A DNA stretch of 64,000 nt, taken from assembly GCF_964194025.1 (NCBI RefSeq), contig NC_134479.1, positions 12,896,001 through 12,960,000 of the forward strand, given 5' to 3'. Each line of letters starts with the position of its first letter. The first letter of the stretch is position 1. Source of the DNA: Convolutriloba macropyga. Its lineage: Eukaryota. Shown piece by piece: positions 40,494-53,600 of the stretch. The position numbers and the translations under genes were made by a program. The notes below the pieces were generated by a model. The model was given only the letters and a program-made list of their open reading frames with translations, was not told where the DNA came from and searched no databases.

Positions 40494-41932
40494 TGTAAAA
40501 TTACATATTTTCACATACTCATATATTTAAAATTCTACGGTGGGCTTCACTTAATTCTCGACTGATTGTCTGTAGGTTTCTCTGGTTCGATAGCTGTTTT
40601 GTTTGCTGCATCTCCATAGTCAGGTCTCTTCCGTCTTGATTTTCACTCCGTGGCTCGTCATTCGCCCGACATCTCCCCCACCAATCTCGCTTTTCGCTGC
40701 GTTCTAAATCGCACTCCCGACTTCTTTGCTGCGTCCACAATGTATTTGTCTTAGTTTTTTTAGTCTGTTCAGTCCCGTTGCTTTAATCTTTGCCCATAAG
40801 TCTTTTTCTTCCAGTCCACCTTGATCCCTGTTTTGTTGCGCGTTGTTCATTTGGTCTCAATTGAATTGGTTCCCGTTCCTTCCCTTGATGCTCGATCGCT
40901 TTTCCGTTCACCTCTCTTTGTCGCTTCACCGAAATAATGTTTGGCGCTTTCTGGTTCCATTGTTTTGTTCTGGTGCCTCTGCCTTCTCTTTGCACAATTT
41001 TTCAGCTCGTTGCGCAGTTTTTTCTTAACAAGCCACCTATCGTGTGCTGCGATTGGGTGCTTTTCGTGTGTAGTTTGTGCGTTTTTGGTTTGTTTTGCAT
41101 GTGCGTGTCTTCGGAGCTTGAGTTTGTGAAATAATAGCTTGTATTTAATCATAGAAATTTTAATACTATAGTATCCACTAGCCTTGATTTAAAAAAATGT
41201 CAAAATGTTGAACGCTGCTGGATCGATATATGAAACTGGGTTTATGCTATTCATTCATTGAATTATTGCCAAAATAGGCGAATGAGAGTTGAACGATTGG
41301 TGACAAATTGCAGCAAAGCTTTTGTGACAGTTGTACACAAAAATGAGGACTTGACAGCGTTTGTTGGAAAGCAGAGGATCCGATTGCACTCGTTTCGTCA
41401 TTGGAACCATGATGGGAGGCAACGCTTTTAACAACGAAATCACTCTCAACTCAGCAAAAATAATTCAAAAAAATTATAGGATATTTATGTTAAGTCCAGG
41501 AACGGAAAGCTCTCCATCGTTATTAAATTTCCTCTATGATTGCTTCGTAAAAACATCAAGTCAACGTAATCCTGATCATTTGATTGCCAAAATGAAGCAA
41601 AAGCAGGTTGAAAACATAAAGAAGCAGCCATTCGCCTGGCTAAACAGAAAATGCAAACAGAATGAGATGAATTCGACGCAGATGGTGGAAGCGGTTGGCA
41701 GAAACAACTCATAAAGAGTTTAAATTGTTTTCTGTAAAGGTATAATTGAGAAGCTGTTGCAAGTCCCAAAGATTCCATTTGGAGTCTGAAAGCGGTTCAG
41801 GACTAGTACATTTTCTCACTTGCTTTAAGTTTCATCAATGATGACATGATTTTCAAATCAGAAGCTTCTATTGAGTCTGCGGACAGCACTGAAGTTTTGG
41901 AATTATTAAAACTTGTTCGAATTGATGACATC

Positions 41933-42094
41933 CCAAGATGAAGTCCTCGACCCAAGACAGGTATGGGCCAGGGTGACCAAAGTCTGTTCTGTCTGGCCCA
42001 TACCTGAATTCGGGTCTGCTCCGTCTGAACCCCCCTGTCCGCGACCCAGGTCAGTCTGGCCCATACCTGTCTTGGGTCGAGGACTTCATCCTGG
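41933..42094. mobile_element. 162-bp MITE with 39-bp TIRs
   Basis: ccaagatgaagtcctcgacccaagacaggtatgggccag vs ctggcccatacctgtcttgggtcgaggacttcatcctgg (1 mismatch). Confidence 0.9.
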
Positions 42095-43559
42095 TATAGT
42101 AGTGGTGGATCAGAACACTGAAAATTCAAGGAATCTAATCCAAAAATATTGCTGGTGTTAACAATATCCGTAATGAGAACTTGCAGCAACTCCATCCTCC
42201 TTAGGACCCGCCATTAGATTTCGACTGCCGCAACTGCATATGCATTGTATCAAGCACAGATACACACGTAAATGAATCCACCCGACCAACATCGCGCAGC
42301 ATAGTCAAACGGAACATAATCTGGAACTACAGGGAATTGCACGTTCACAACCTGATTTGAGCAAGTCACGCGACTAAATAATCAAGTCTACCTGAAAACA
42401 GTTAAGCAGAAAGCATAAGCCAACAATATGAAAAAAAGTTAATCAGATTATAAAGGCTGGCTATTCTTCCAGTGTTCCTGGAACAAATGCATCAGCCTCT
42501 TCAACAATTGTTTCATTCATTCCAACCGCCCACTCAATCTTAAATACCCAGTAGCGCAAGGAGCATCCATAACGTTCCTCCCAACCTGAAATTTTGCTCC
42601 GCACCCAACCTCAATACTCTCCATCCACGGGCCCCATTAGGTCATCTTCCTGTACCTCCCAACTGTGTTCCAAGCATTAACATGAGAAACTGCCTTTTCC
42701 ACTCATGAAGCTCCAGTGAAACTGTTCTTCACGCATAAAGCTCCTACCCCTTGTCTGCCAGTTGTCAACACTGGCCGACCATTTAGCGCGGGTCCTCCTG
42801 CCCATAGTCCGCCAATTGACCAAGCTGACCAAAAATTTGCACCAAATCCAAGATGCTGTTGCTGTGAACAGTGTGCCGACAAACAAAAGGAAACATTTTA
42901 CACCATCAAAAACTATTTCCCACCCCCAGTCCATTGAAATTAGGCTCTTTGTTTGACACGCAGTCTCTATCGTGCGTTCAACAGAAAAATCTTTCGCAGT
43001 GGCCAACCAAGATGCAACTGGTTTCGCGAATCCAGTTTTCAGCAAATATAAAATCATATAGGGTCCACTTTGTTAAAAATAGATTGCTCCGCAAGGTGCA
43101 TGCTACTTCTTCAATAATTACCAGACAAGGCGTATTCGATTAGGGAACTGGCTGATGAATTGAAACACAAGAAAAGTAACCATTTGCCCGAAGCGAAACT
43201 GTGCCGTCGCTCACTGGTTACGTTAAGTTGATAGATGAAAACTGTTAGATCAAAAATGGCAGTCACCAAGTTCAGAGTTCGCCTTTTGAATGGGTTATAA
43301 TACAAAAGATAGAATTGGGGACAACGGAGCATAAATAAAGTAAATTGGCTCATCGAGATACAGTCGCAAGTGCTCACTTGCATATACAAAGCATTTTCTT
43401 GTTCTCAAAATGCACACTAGTTATTACTCTAGTGCATCTTATCAAGTTTTGGGTTTTTTGAACCATGGTTTTTTGAAGTTGAGTTGAAAAAAGTTTTTCT
43501 ATTTAACCATGATGAACCAAAAACATATTGTTGGATTCATGTGGGCAGCACCACATAAG

Positions 43560-43720
43560 GAGTTGCACCTACCTCGTCATTCAATTTTGAAAATCAACAA
43601 TTCAATTAAGGTGCGTCGGGTGCTCACTGAAGCAGCAGAACTTCATGGCTGAATCTCATTGAATAAATGCCTCCCCGCTTCCACTGATCTGTTAGAAAAC
43701 CTATTTTAAGTACCTCTAAC
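43560..43720 (+). mobile_element. Short BEL/Pao RT fragment
   Basis: YLPRHSI..IKVRRVLTEAAE..SLNKCL..DLLENL parallels the RT start at 3470-3610. Confidence 0.6.
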
Positions 43721-45589
43721 AACAATCAGAGAGATTCTCCGGTTTGTACAAAAAATTAGACCAATTTGTTAGGAAGCAAGTTAGTTTTTATTCAGGAAAA
43801 TTGGGCATTTTGCAAATAACAACTTTAAAAAATTAAAAGGGTCATTGATTTAATCAACTTAAATAAAATTTGAATTCTCCGTTACCGAAAGACTTCGAAT
43901 CTAACTCACACTGAATTTTTAATTATGTTCTTTTATATAAGAAAACTAGTTTTACATAATAACCTTAGCGCTTTTTGCGAAGATTATTTCTATTTAAGAA
44001 ATACACAGTTTCAACTGATCAATGAGTTCTTCAAAATAAACCAAACTCAAATGGGTGTTCCCCAATGTAGGCGGTTTTTAACAAAAAATAAGTTTTCAGA
44101 GCTTTTAGTGCAGTTTGCCCAGGAAGGAAAAACATTACTCTTAAGATTTTGGGCAAATTGATTTGTAAAAAAAAATTATCGAGTGACAGGTTGACGTATC
44201 TGTTACCTCTGGCTGATTGTTTTCTGAGTTGACAAACAAAGTAATCATAAGCTGATTCATGTACGTATACAAAGCGAAGAAAATGAACGAGTATTGAGTG
44301 TGCTATAGTTATTTCATTATTAAATGTTTAATGTGTGATACGCTCTAATCATCATTTGTTACGTTTTTTTAAAAAAAAATGGTTTTAAAAAATACGAAGT
44401 TAAGCAAAAAGTAATTTTACCCAGTTTGCACATAAAAAAATAGTTTTCCGGAATTTTGAACAAAAAAAAATTTGAAGAACGTAGTTCCATCGGATCAATT
44501 AGTAGTTCAAAAAGACCAAACTCGAAGGAATGTTCCGCAATATAATTGGTTTTTAACAAGAAAAATGAGTTTTGAGTCCAGTTTGCCCAGGAAAAAAAGG
44601 TTTTCCATGAAAATTTTTCGCAAAATATATTCTTATAAAAATTTTTTATCGAGTCATTAAGTTGGCGATTTGACGTATCTGTTGATTCTGGCTGATTTTT
44701 TTCCGAGTTAAAAAATAATCTTAAGCTAATTCAATTGAGTATACGAAACAAAAAATGAACAAAAAATGAGAGCGCTATTGTAATATTTTTGATTAAAAGA
44801 GTATTGTATGATACGCTCCAACCTGCCTTAAAACGTTCCAAAACTTTTGTACAATGCATACTGTGCGAACTTTTAGAATTTGTAAGATCTGCGCTTTTAA
44901 AGATCAAAATTAGGTAATTTCGAGGCATCGTAACGCCAAATTATTTCAGATGCACCACCGTTAGAGTTTCAGAATTATGTGAAATCTTCGATTAGAAACG
45001 CAAAATTAGCGTTGACAAGTTATAATACTTACAGCAATTTTCTTTTAAATTTTTGCGTTAAATGCGTTTAATTTACGACTTTAAAATAAAAATTTCAATG
45101 CACACTTATGCAAGAAAATTGCCTTAAAATTTATAAATTGTAAATGTCAGCGCTAGTTACCGTTTATCTTGAACAATTTTCTCAGCTTGCGTGTCTATGA
45201 AACCTTCATGGCAAATTTACTTTCTTGTCTGTAGATTAAACATATAGATATGAGCATATGCTTTACCACAAGAGCAAGTCAAAGTTTTTGTTGAATTTAT
45301 GCAGCGCGTATGTTTGCATAACAAGTAGTTTTGTATTTTTGACGAATATTTCACGAAAAATGACCAAGCAATATTCAACGAGCTCACAATACGCTGTTTT
45401 CAATGGCAGCTCAAAGTATGATTTTTTAGAGAAGAGTATAAAACGTCAATCAGCCGTGTTTTTTCTTTCGTTAATAAATTGGCTGGCATATACGTGGTCG
45501 TTTAGAAAATTTAAAACTATAACCATGCTCTATTGCTTTGTTAAAGACAGTTTAAAAGACAGTGCTCAATTTTTTACGCAAAAAAAACA

Positions 45590-45934
45590 ATGAGCAGCCC
45601 AGAAGGCAATAGTTACATTAAGCCAGCTCATCAACTATCAAACAAGCAGAATACGGAGACGTCAGAAAATGATGAGCGAAATCGAGACTTGAGAACAATT
45701 TGCTTTACTGGTGGCCAGGTAACCCTACCTAGTTGGTTATTCTTAGGTTTTGTAATCTATTTTATCATTTCTGCTGTAGCTTTAATTGCACTTTCTTCTG
45801 TCTGTGCATTTAAAATCAGATCGATAGACTCGAAAGTGAAGAACATCAACAACGAGGTCAAGGATTTGGATGAAATTGTTCGCGAAACACGAGAAGACTA
45901 CCTGACGTCTCAGAGTGCTACTACATTGAAAAAG
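45590..45934 (+). CDS. Gene A exon 1: single-pass membrane coiled-coil protein (N-terminal tail, TM, start of coil; 115 aa)
   Basis: aaacaATG start. No signal peptide. One hydrophobic span, WLFLGFVIYFIISAVALIALSSVCAF. Heptads IRSIDSKVKNINNEVKDLDEIV. Phase-0 donor AAG|GTTTGT at the same position as in paralog B. Confidence 0.85.
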
Positions 45935-48305
45935 GTTTGTCTTCGGCTAAACTTTTGAACAATTTGTTTTTTTGTTACAGAAATGGTACAAGTTCTGTAA
46001 CAACTTTGCAAGATTGCATTTTCCCCCATTGTGAACGAAAAGTTGAGTGCGGGTTGTTACCTCAGTAGCTCATATCATTACATCCTAACCAATAACCCGA
46101 AAATAGGTCTCTAATTTCTCGATTGATTGCATAGGCGGTTGAATTACTTTTTTCTTTCTCCGACCGTTGCAACGTCCAATAACAGTCAGACGGTTTTCAA
46201 ATACCAAAATTTGGTGTTGAAGTCCAAATTATATATTTTTTTAAATGATACCAATGATTTCTAGTGATACCTTAATTAATATTGACACTCATTTAAGGTA
46301 GATTTTATGGTCAAAACCTAAAATTAATTTATGGTCAAAACCAAATTCATGAATTAGTTTTTGTGATTCTCCATTCTCGTTTTTTCTTCATTTTGTAAGC
46401 GTTTTTTAAGTTTTTCCTTCTTTCTTAATTTAACTAACCAGGATCTGTACAACGTGTTTTTTTTAATATATACGAGTAGATTTATCATTGAAAGCAATTG
46501 TTCAATTGAAAACGCGACACATAGGAGCTAACAACTTTTTAACTTCTATAACTAAGCAAGAACTCATTTGATGTTTTCATACCGCATAAGCAGACTTGAG
46601 TTGCATTTGACTGATTCTGCTTTCGTGGAATCCTCAAAAAAATTCCCATTTTTGTGGAATTGCGCTAAGTTGTAAAATGCAATCTGGTTGCGATATCTAG
46701 TAACTAAACTCCACAAGTTAGTAGCAAATTCCACAATACCTGTTAATAATTTTAGACAACATGTTACTAATTATACAATTAATATCACTTAATTGTAATC
46801 GGATTAAATAACCGTCACTATTACTGGTTATTGAATTTGAGTTCAAAATAATAAAAAAGTGTCTTCTTCATTTGAATAATTTCAGCCGAGAAATATTTCG
46901 ACAAAAAATTTAGTTTAAATTTAGCTCCGCAATTAGTTCTGATAGAAAGTCAATGCATTATTTGCTCAAAAACCGAATTCAAGCTACGGGTTTTGTAGCC
47001 TGGATTCAGCAATTCTTAAATTTACTGGTTTTTTTTGGAGTCGGCTCCTAATTTCCTTTCCAAATAGCCTTGTTCTTAAATGTAACCCAATTCTGTAAAA
47101 TGTATGTACACATACATTTTTTGTATGAAATTTGTATGATCACCAGGAAATCATACAAATCATATATGACCTTGTATGATTACAAGGGATCATACATGTC
47201 CTGGTTTGAAATCTGTTAGAATATCGATCAAACTATAGTCTTAAACTTAGTGAGAATTAGAAAGAAAGTTTAACTTACCGGATTAGAAAGACAAAAGCCA
47301 ATTGATTTTAATCAGAGAATTTATATAAATGAACCGTCAAGAAATGGTGCTTAGAATCAATATTCGGTTCAAATTGGTGAATCTAGATAACTAATATTAG
47401 AGTGAGATTATTGGATGTAAATTCATCCCAGCGTGCATTAAATGATTATGATATCTCCGGAAGTGTGAATGAATTCTCAGAAAAGTGCAAATGCATTCCA
47501 TTTATGGTTCCCTTTGCGACTGATTTGCAGAAGCAAACCATATTGGGTAACCCTTGCGAACCCCACTGTAAATCATGGTGCTAAGATTAGTTTTGTATCT
47601 TTACTTTCTCGCACTGATATTGGGTATATATACAGCTGATTTCTGGGCCTTTTTTCATCCCCAAAATCAAATCACCATCTTGATCTAATAATCAGATCTC
47701 TCCTGTAAATCTCTAAATTCTACTGTAAAATATCATTAATGTTATTCTCTCATTGTGAGAAATTAATTTTTCTACTTAGTTAAAAACGCTTTTTATTCCG
47801 CTTGCGAAAACCCATAAACCAACAAAATTAAGGAAAGTTGTATGATGAGATAACCGGGTAAATCTCAGGCGACACACTGTTATGCTTGAATTTATCCATG
47901 TTTAATTTTTTATTCAATTTTCATGTTGATAGTTGCAACGTAATCAAAACGTTTCTCTTTAATTTTCGCAATTTACTCTATTTGTGAAAATAAAACCGCA
48001 ATTTTTGTCCGAAACATTGGCTTGGCTTATCTCAAAATAGGTGGCGATACCCTACAACAGTTGCTATTTTTCTCGTAGAACTTTGCATAACTGGAAACCA
48101 AAAGCGATGAAAACGCAAAAGTTGGAAAGAAGAGTATATATTGACATAGTCATGTCGGGACAAAATGTTGCAACCTCTGCCCCGGCATTTTAATTTTGTC
48201 CCATAATATACTCAATGGCAAGTAAACACCAAAAAACATGGCAAGGCATTTTATTACTGTGTTTTTTTCATACTGCTTTGTCTGCCACAGAATTGTAAAA
48301 ATGAA

Positions 48306-48471
48306 GGATCCTTTCCGTTTGTGCGTTCCGCAGTACGAATTATGCACCCCCTCCCCATTACAGAGCACGTGCTATTACATTGTAAAAAATTATGTAAAAT
48401 ATAGCACGTGTGTCTGGGGGTTGCCAACAATATGCAGCCACTAAACTGGGGGGCACAAACGGAAAAGATCC
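48306..48471. mobile_element. Small MITE in the gene A intron
   Basis: TIRs ggatcctttccgtttgtgc ... gcacaaacggaaaagatcc. Confidence 0.7.
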
Positions 48472-48568
48472 AATAAGAGAAGATTTAGCAAGAGAGATCT
48501 TCTAAGGAAGTGCATCTTCTAAGAAAGCGATGACAGATGAATGAATCTGCCATTTGCTGATTGTTTAG

Positions 48569-48841
48569 GTTAATGATGTGGAGATCATGTCTTTCAACGT
48601 CACAATAGAAGTCATGAATAACAACCATCAGCTCATCAATTTGACATCAAGCTTGACAGAGCTCAATGAAGAAATGAAAATCTTTCGTAATCAAACTGAG
48701 GAACTTGATTTCCATCTTTCAGAAGCTGGATATATTTTATCAGCTATTGAAGACAGTATTATAGACTTGTGTCAAAAAGAAGACGTGCTGAAAGGTCGTG
48801 TAGGGATAGCTGAAAATCGAATTACTCTTCTTGGTGGATGA
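48569..48841 (+). CDS. Gene A exon 2: 90-aa coiled coil ending RITLLGG* (spliced protein 205 aa)
   Basis: ctgat branch-like motif and tttAG acceptor (48567-68), in frame. Sequons NVT, NLT, NQT. AATAAA at 48897. Confidence 0.85.
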   Translation, partial: VNDVEIMSFNVTIEVMNNNHQLINLTSSLTELNEEMKIFRNQTEELDFHLSEAGYILSAIEDSIIDLCQKEDVLKGRVGIAENRITLLGG

Positions 48842-51800
48842 GTACAACGTCAATCCACGGAAACAATTTTATTAACTTTTCAGAGCATAGTTTAATAATA
48901 AAAAAGAAAATTGATCTCTTCGGTTTCTGTCAACATTTTTGACTATGCAAACAGTTTTCCTTGAAAGACGTTTGTCTGTCCCATTTGCAGCTAACATGCG
49001 TAAATTTAGTGAAAATATGGGAGCAGAACTTATTGGTAGTTGTGTTGTTTCTAATATCTAATTGTGAGCAATTCACACATCAAACGCATTCGAAGCAAAT
49101 TCTGATGAAGGAGTGACAGGAAGGAGAGCATTTCAATTTGAAATCATATCGTCAAATAAACAAAGTGAATACCAGGTGTAGTTGGAGTTGAAATTGTTAC
49201 AACTCCGATGATACTTATACATCTGCTTCTAATTGCTTTTGTTATCCGTGTGATGCGTGTCCAACGAGCTACAAATTTTGTGAACAGGGCCAAGTTTTTA
49301 AACAATGAATCATTTGTTCGCCTGGATTCACATTTTGCAAAAACTTTGCAAGATTTGAATCATTTTTTTTTTAATTTTCAAAAATGTAAATTTAAAGTTA
49401 TAACCACAACAAAAACGTTTGGTTAAATATTTACATTTTCAAAATCGCCTCGTATATATTTGAATAGTTTGGTTTTTACACTTCAGTAGAACAAATTTGT
49501 AAAGCCTCTTACTTGTCTATCTATTGGAACACGTTCATGCAGATTGACCATTTCGCTGCTTAGTTTTTCCTTAAATTTATTTTTAGTTTTCTCTTTTCGG
49601 ATTTCAATTGGCAAATTATTCCACTTCCTAGAAAAATTTCTAATCAGTGACCTGTCACTCTATTTGGATTGGCACTTATTCTTTGGAAAGTACTGGATAG
49701 TTCTAGAGATTTTGGTCAATTCGTACTTTTCAAAAATCCTGAATGAGGAGTTTTTGGTTTCTCGACTGCTCTCTTTATATTGTGAGAGGAGGTCAAAAAA
49801 TTTAAGAAGACAAACGTTTTTAATGAAAACTTTGCTGGTAAAATTTTGTCTTTCAATAATAGATCTCTTGCACTGTCAAACTTTTTGCGCAGATTTTGCA
49901 AGAATCTTGAATCATTTGAATCCCGCAATCACTATAGGTGAGGTTTTAATTCTCTCATTTTTGACCCATTGCAGATCATAAAAAGAGGCAAGTAAATTGC
50001 TCTGTCTAAAAAGTTGAAAACTTTAATGATTTCAATAATTGAGAAAGCATTTCATTTTTAAGCATTTTTAAGCAAATTTTATCTGATAGAAGAAGAAGCA
50101 ATAGAAAATAATTCATATACGGAAACCGTCTGCTTCACAAATACTTTTCTTATAAACGTTTCAGGAAAAAAATTCCTCAGATCTCATCCCTTTTTCCAAT
50201 TTTTCTATTTCTCAACACCGTTTTAAAGCTAGTAAATTTTTGAAGTCACTAAACTTTTTTCTGTAGCTTATATGATCTGTAAAAAAAGAACGCTGTAATT
50301 CTATCTGGTTTAAATCAAGTCAAATAAAATATCAAAGCCAGTGCGAGTTTATTGGACCCTGCTTTTGAAAATTACTGTAAAGTCTTATTGTTCTGACCCA
50401 CTTTAGTGGGGGGAGGAACTATGTACTCAAATGGGTTTTTTTTGTTGAGTCAAATTTGGCCGATCGATATGAACATTGTAGAGAGTTGAGAGTAGTATCA
50501 TTGGAAAGCCCTCCAGCGTAGAAAATAGAATTATTAAAATTTTTAAATACTTGTTTCATACAGGGAGTAAATGAGATTTTCATTTTTGTGAATAGTAGAT
50601 GGAATTTCGTTGTTTTTATTGAAATTTTCCGAATTTTTGACAAAATTTTTGCAAAACTTGCAAAAATAAGTTATAAATCATAACAATAGTACTATATGTT
50701 TAATCCCCAGAGATAGAGGAGGGTTGCTGAATTGTTCAATTCAAGTTTTGTTGGCTATATTTTGTGCTAAAATTTTCAAAACTCCGAATTTTTCGTTCAA
50801 AAAAGAGACCAAATAAGCATTTTTAGTCCCATCTCTCTAATCTTGCTTAAGGTAGACAACTAAAAATTGCGTGGATGTCCTTCGTATGATCAAAAAAGAG
50901 CTAGTTTTACTATCGCTGGCTTTAGGAGCTTCTGGAATTATAAGTTTTGCCAGTTTTTACAAATATAAACTCGATAATGTTTGAGAACAAATTGCTTTAT
51001 TTATTTTTGATACACTTGAAAATTTAGAATGAAAACTGATGTAATTAGCATCTCGAGCAATGGGGTGTTTTCTTTGAGGCGCAGAAAAATTGAGGTTGAT
51101 CTTGATCTCACAATGGATCCTTACTTTTCCAAATATTTAGGTTTTATTTGGGCGCGAACTTTTTTGAAAAATACCTCGGCATTCGCATTTTTTTGCATTA
51201 GCTACTGACAAGAATTTCAATTCAGGTCTAAAATTTTGACAGATAACATTTACAAAAACACCCGACATAACGAACATATTTTGGATTCATAGTTGAGCTC
51301 ATGGTTTTTTGGGATTTTATGACTTGCTTCCATTTGTTGAATTTTTTGCAGCCCAATGAAACAGTCCTGCCAATCATAGAACCAATTGGAATCTTTAAGT
51401 GCTATAAAAAAGCCTAGACAAACTTTTCAGATGTTATCTAATGTCTCTTAAGAGTTTGAAATTATTTGTTTCAAGAAAAGATCTGTAAGTTTTTGAACTT
51501 CGCCACTATTTTATCTTCTGGCGTAGTATGAGTAACGAAAAAAAACTTTCCTGTGAGTTTTAATATAAGGTTTGTAACGGTTTTTTTTACTAATGTTTTC
51601 CTGGTTTCGAAAGCCCGGGTTTTTTTAAAATTATTTTTAGTTAAAATTGCACTTTTTAGGGCCAATTTGTTTCTTTGTCGGACTGTCACTTCATTGAAAA
51701 GCCCCGTTGAACAAACGCACTGTAAGGAAAATGACCAGCGTTGAAAACAAAATGAATGTTTTCATAGCTTTTGTGGAATGGTTTTTGATTTGTGGGCTGA

Positions 51801-51949
51801 GACACAGTTCTCTCTCAAACTTAAGTGTTTTTTTTTTATTTTTGCTTGTGTTTGTCACTCTTTTGATGTTGCATAACATATACCTGATAATGACAGTCAT
51901 TTGCTTCCCCAGAACTCACTTATAACTGAACCTACTTGACGATTTCTGT

Positions 51950-53600
51950 TTTTAGCTAGTTGTTTTAATGTCATTTTAAAGAACTCAAAAAAACGAAGAA
52001 AACCTTTCACTTGCCGTTTTTTGCTCTCAGTTTTGTCTTCGTGTAACTCATCCCCATTAACAAGAAGTCTCGTCTACTTATTTCTGCATCAAACATTAAA
52101 TTCTCAGTTGCTTTTATAATCTGACCGATGGCTTTTTAAGGAAGATCCTTTCATATTCTTATGAAACTCAATACACGATTTGGAGTTCTTGCAAATAACA
52201 TCCCATAAATAATAATAGTGTCATCACAACTATGATGTAAAAATTGTTGTGAAATTTTGGCTTCTGCCTGTTTTTGTTATTTTTTGTAGTCGTTCGACTT
52301 ATTGTCATTACGAACACGCGCCATTGGTTTCCTGGGGCGTTGCAGGTTAATCCATTCCAATCAGTTAAAATCTAATGTCTGATACGACTTTAAAAAACAT
52401 TTGTTATCAAAAACATATTTGAGTTTTTCAGCTTTACCACACTTTTTTAAATCTATTTTCCGTCGATTTGTAGTTTAGTCTCTATCCAGTCAGCACAACG
52501 TTAAGGACAAAGTTCACTCAGGAAAAGGCAATTCTCAGTCCGTTTCCAGTGAGCTATAATTCAATCTTTATAAAGGTTCAAGTTTCAACCATTTGTTTCT
52601 CGGCTTTAATACTATGAAACTTCATTAAATGCTGGTGATTTTTGTATATTTGTAAGTTTTATAGGATTTTTGATTTGTTCGTTTATAACATTTGCAATAA
52701 GTTAGTAGGTCTCTTTGGTTTTGAAAAAAAATTGTGCAAACGAACAATTTTGTAGCTCATAAGGACAAACTTATTGTTTTAACGGCTTCACTGCTATTTT
52801 CGCGCAAATTTTGAACTTCTTAATTTTGCCGGTTTCTGTCCCTTTTTTGTAGTCGTATGACGTAAAATGGATTTTGACAGGTCTCAGTTGCTTCCTATGG
52901 AGATATAAACCATTTTTTGGTGACTTTTATTGATAATATAACTTTTTTAGCACTTTGAAAATAATTGTATTCAAAAATAGATACGTACTTTGGAACATCG
53001 CCCATTTTTGTTTTTTGTCGACCTGCGCTCCAGTTGCTTTAAGCACAGTTCCCATACCTGATTTGTTTTGCTGATCTTTATCTGATACGGGTTTGATTTT
53101 CTTATTAAGAATTTTGTAATTAATGTTTTTATTTGATTTTAATAATTGTCTTTTCTAGTAGTCCTAATAACAACAAAATTTGCTGGCCCTCTAAAGTGGC
53201 ATCATTTCATTCCATTAGTCGTTTGTTGAACGTTATGTATGTTTTTGAAATTTTTTATCTCTTCCTCATTTGGTTGACCATTAAGTCAAAAACGCGGACG
53301 AGCTGGGGTCGGAATATTATGTTCAAACGCACATTACCGAGCCTCCTTGTTATAAATAATTTTACTGTACCAATCTGTCTGTACAACGCTCGTTTTCTTG
53401 TACATTAAGTAGGCAGTTTTATCATTATCTGGATAAGTGAACATCTGCGTATTTATATCAGCTTGGCCGCTTATTCGTAATCTCAATTTCCTAAATGGCA
53501 ACTTGATCTTGTAGTGTTGTCCGGTATAGAAAAAAACTTGTAAGGTTGTCCGGTGTTTTCTTTGTTCTCTCAACGTTTGATTACCGATAATTTCATAGCT
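51950..53600 (-). mobile_element. Very old BEL/Pao pol remnant
   Basis: Minus-strand motifs in the right order: GQHYKIKLPFRK (~53520), LVRVFD (~53295), integrase-like SLETD (~52540). Heavily decayed. Confidence 0.45.

Noticed and set aside
40500-43300. Compositionally distinct, retroelement-looking sequence with many short ORFs
   Set aside because: No diagnostic domain motif could be recognised. Probably a decayed TE, but it cannot be supported as a feature.
45590-48841. Calling gene A tetherin/BST2 or a scavenger receptor
   Set aside because: No C-terminal hydrophobic GPI signal, collagen or SRCR domain. The similarity is architectural only, so no gene symbol is given.
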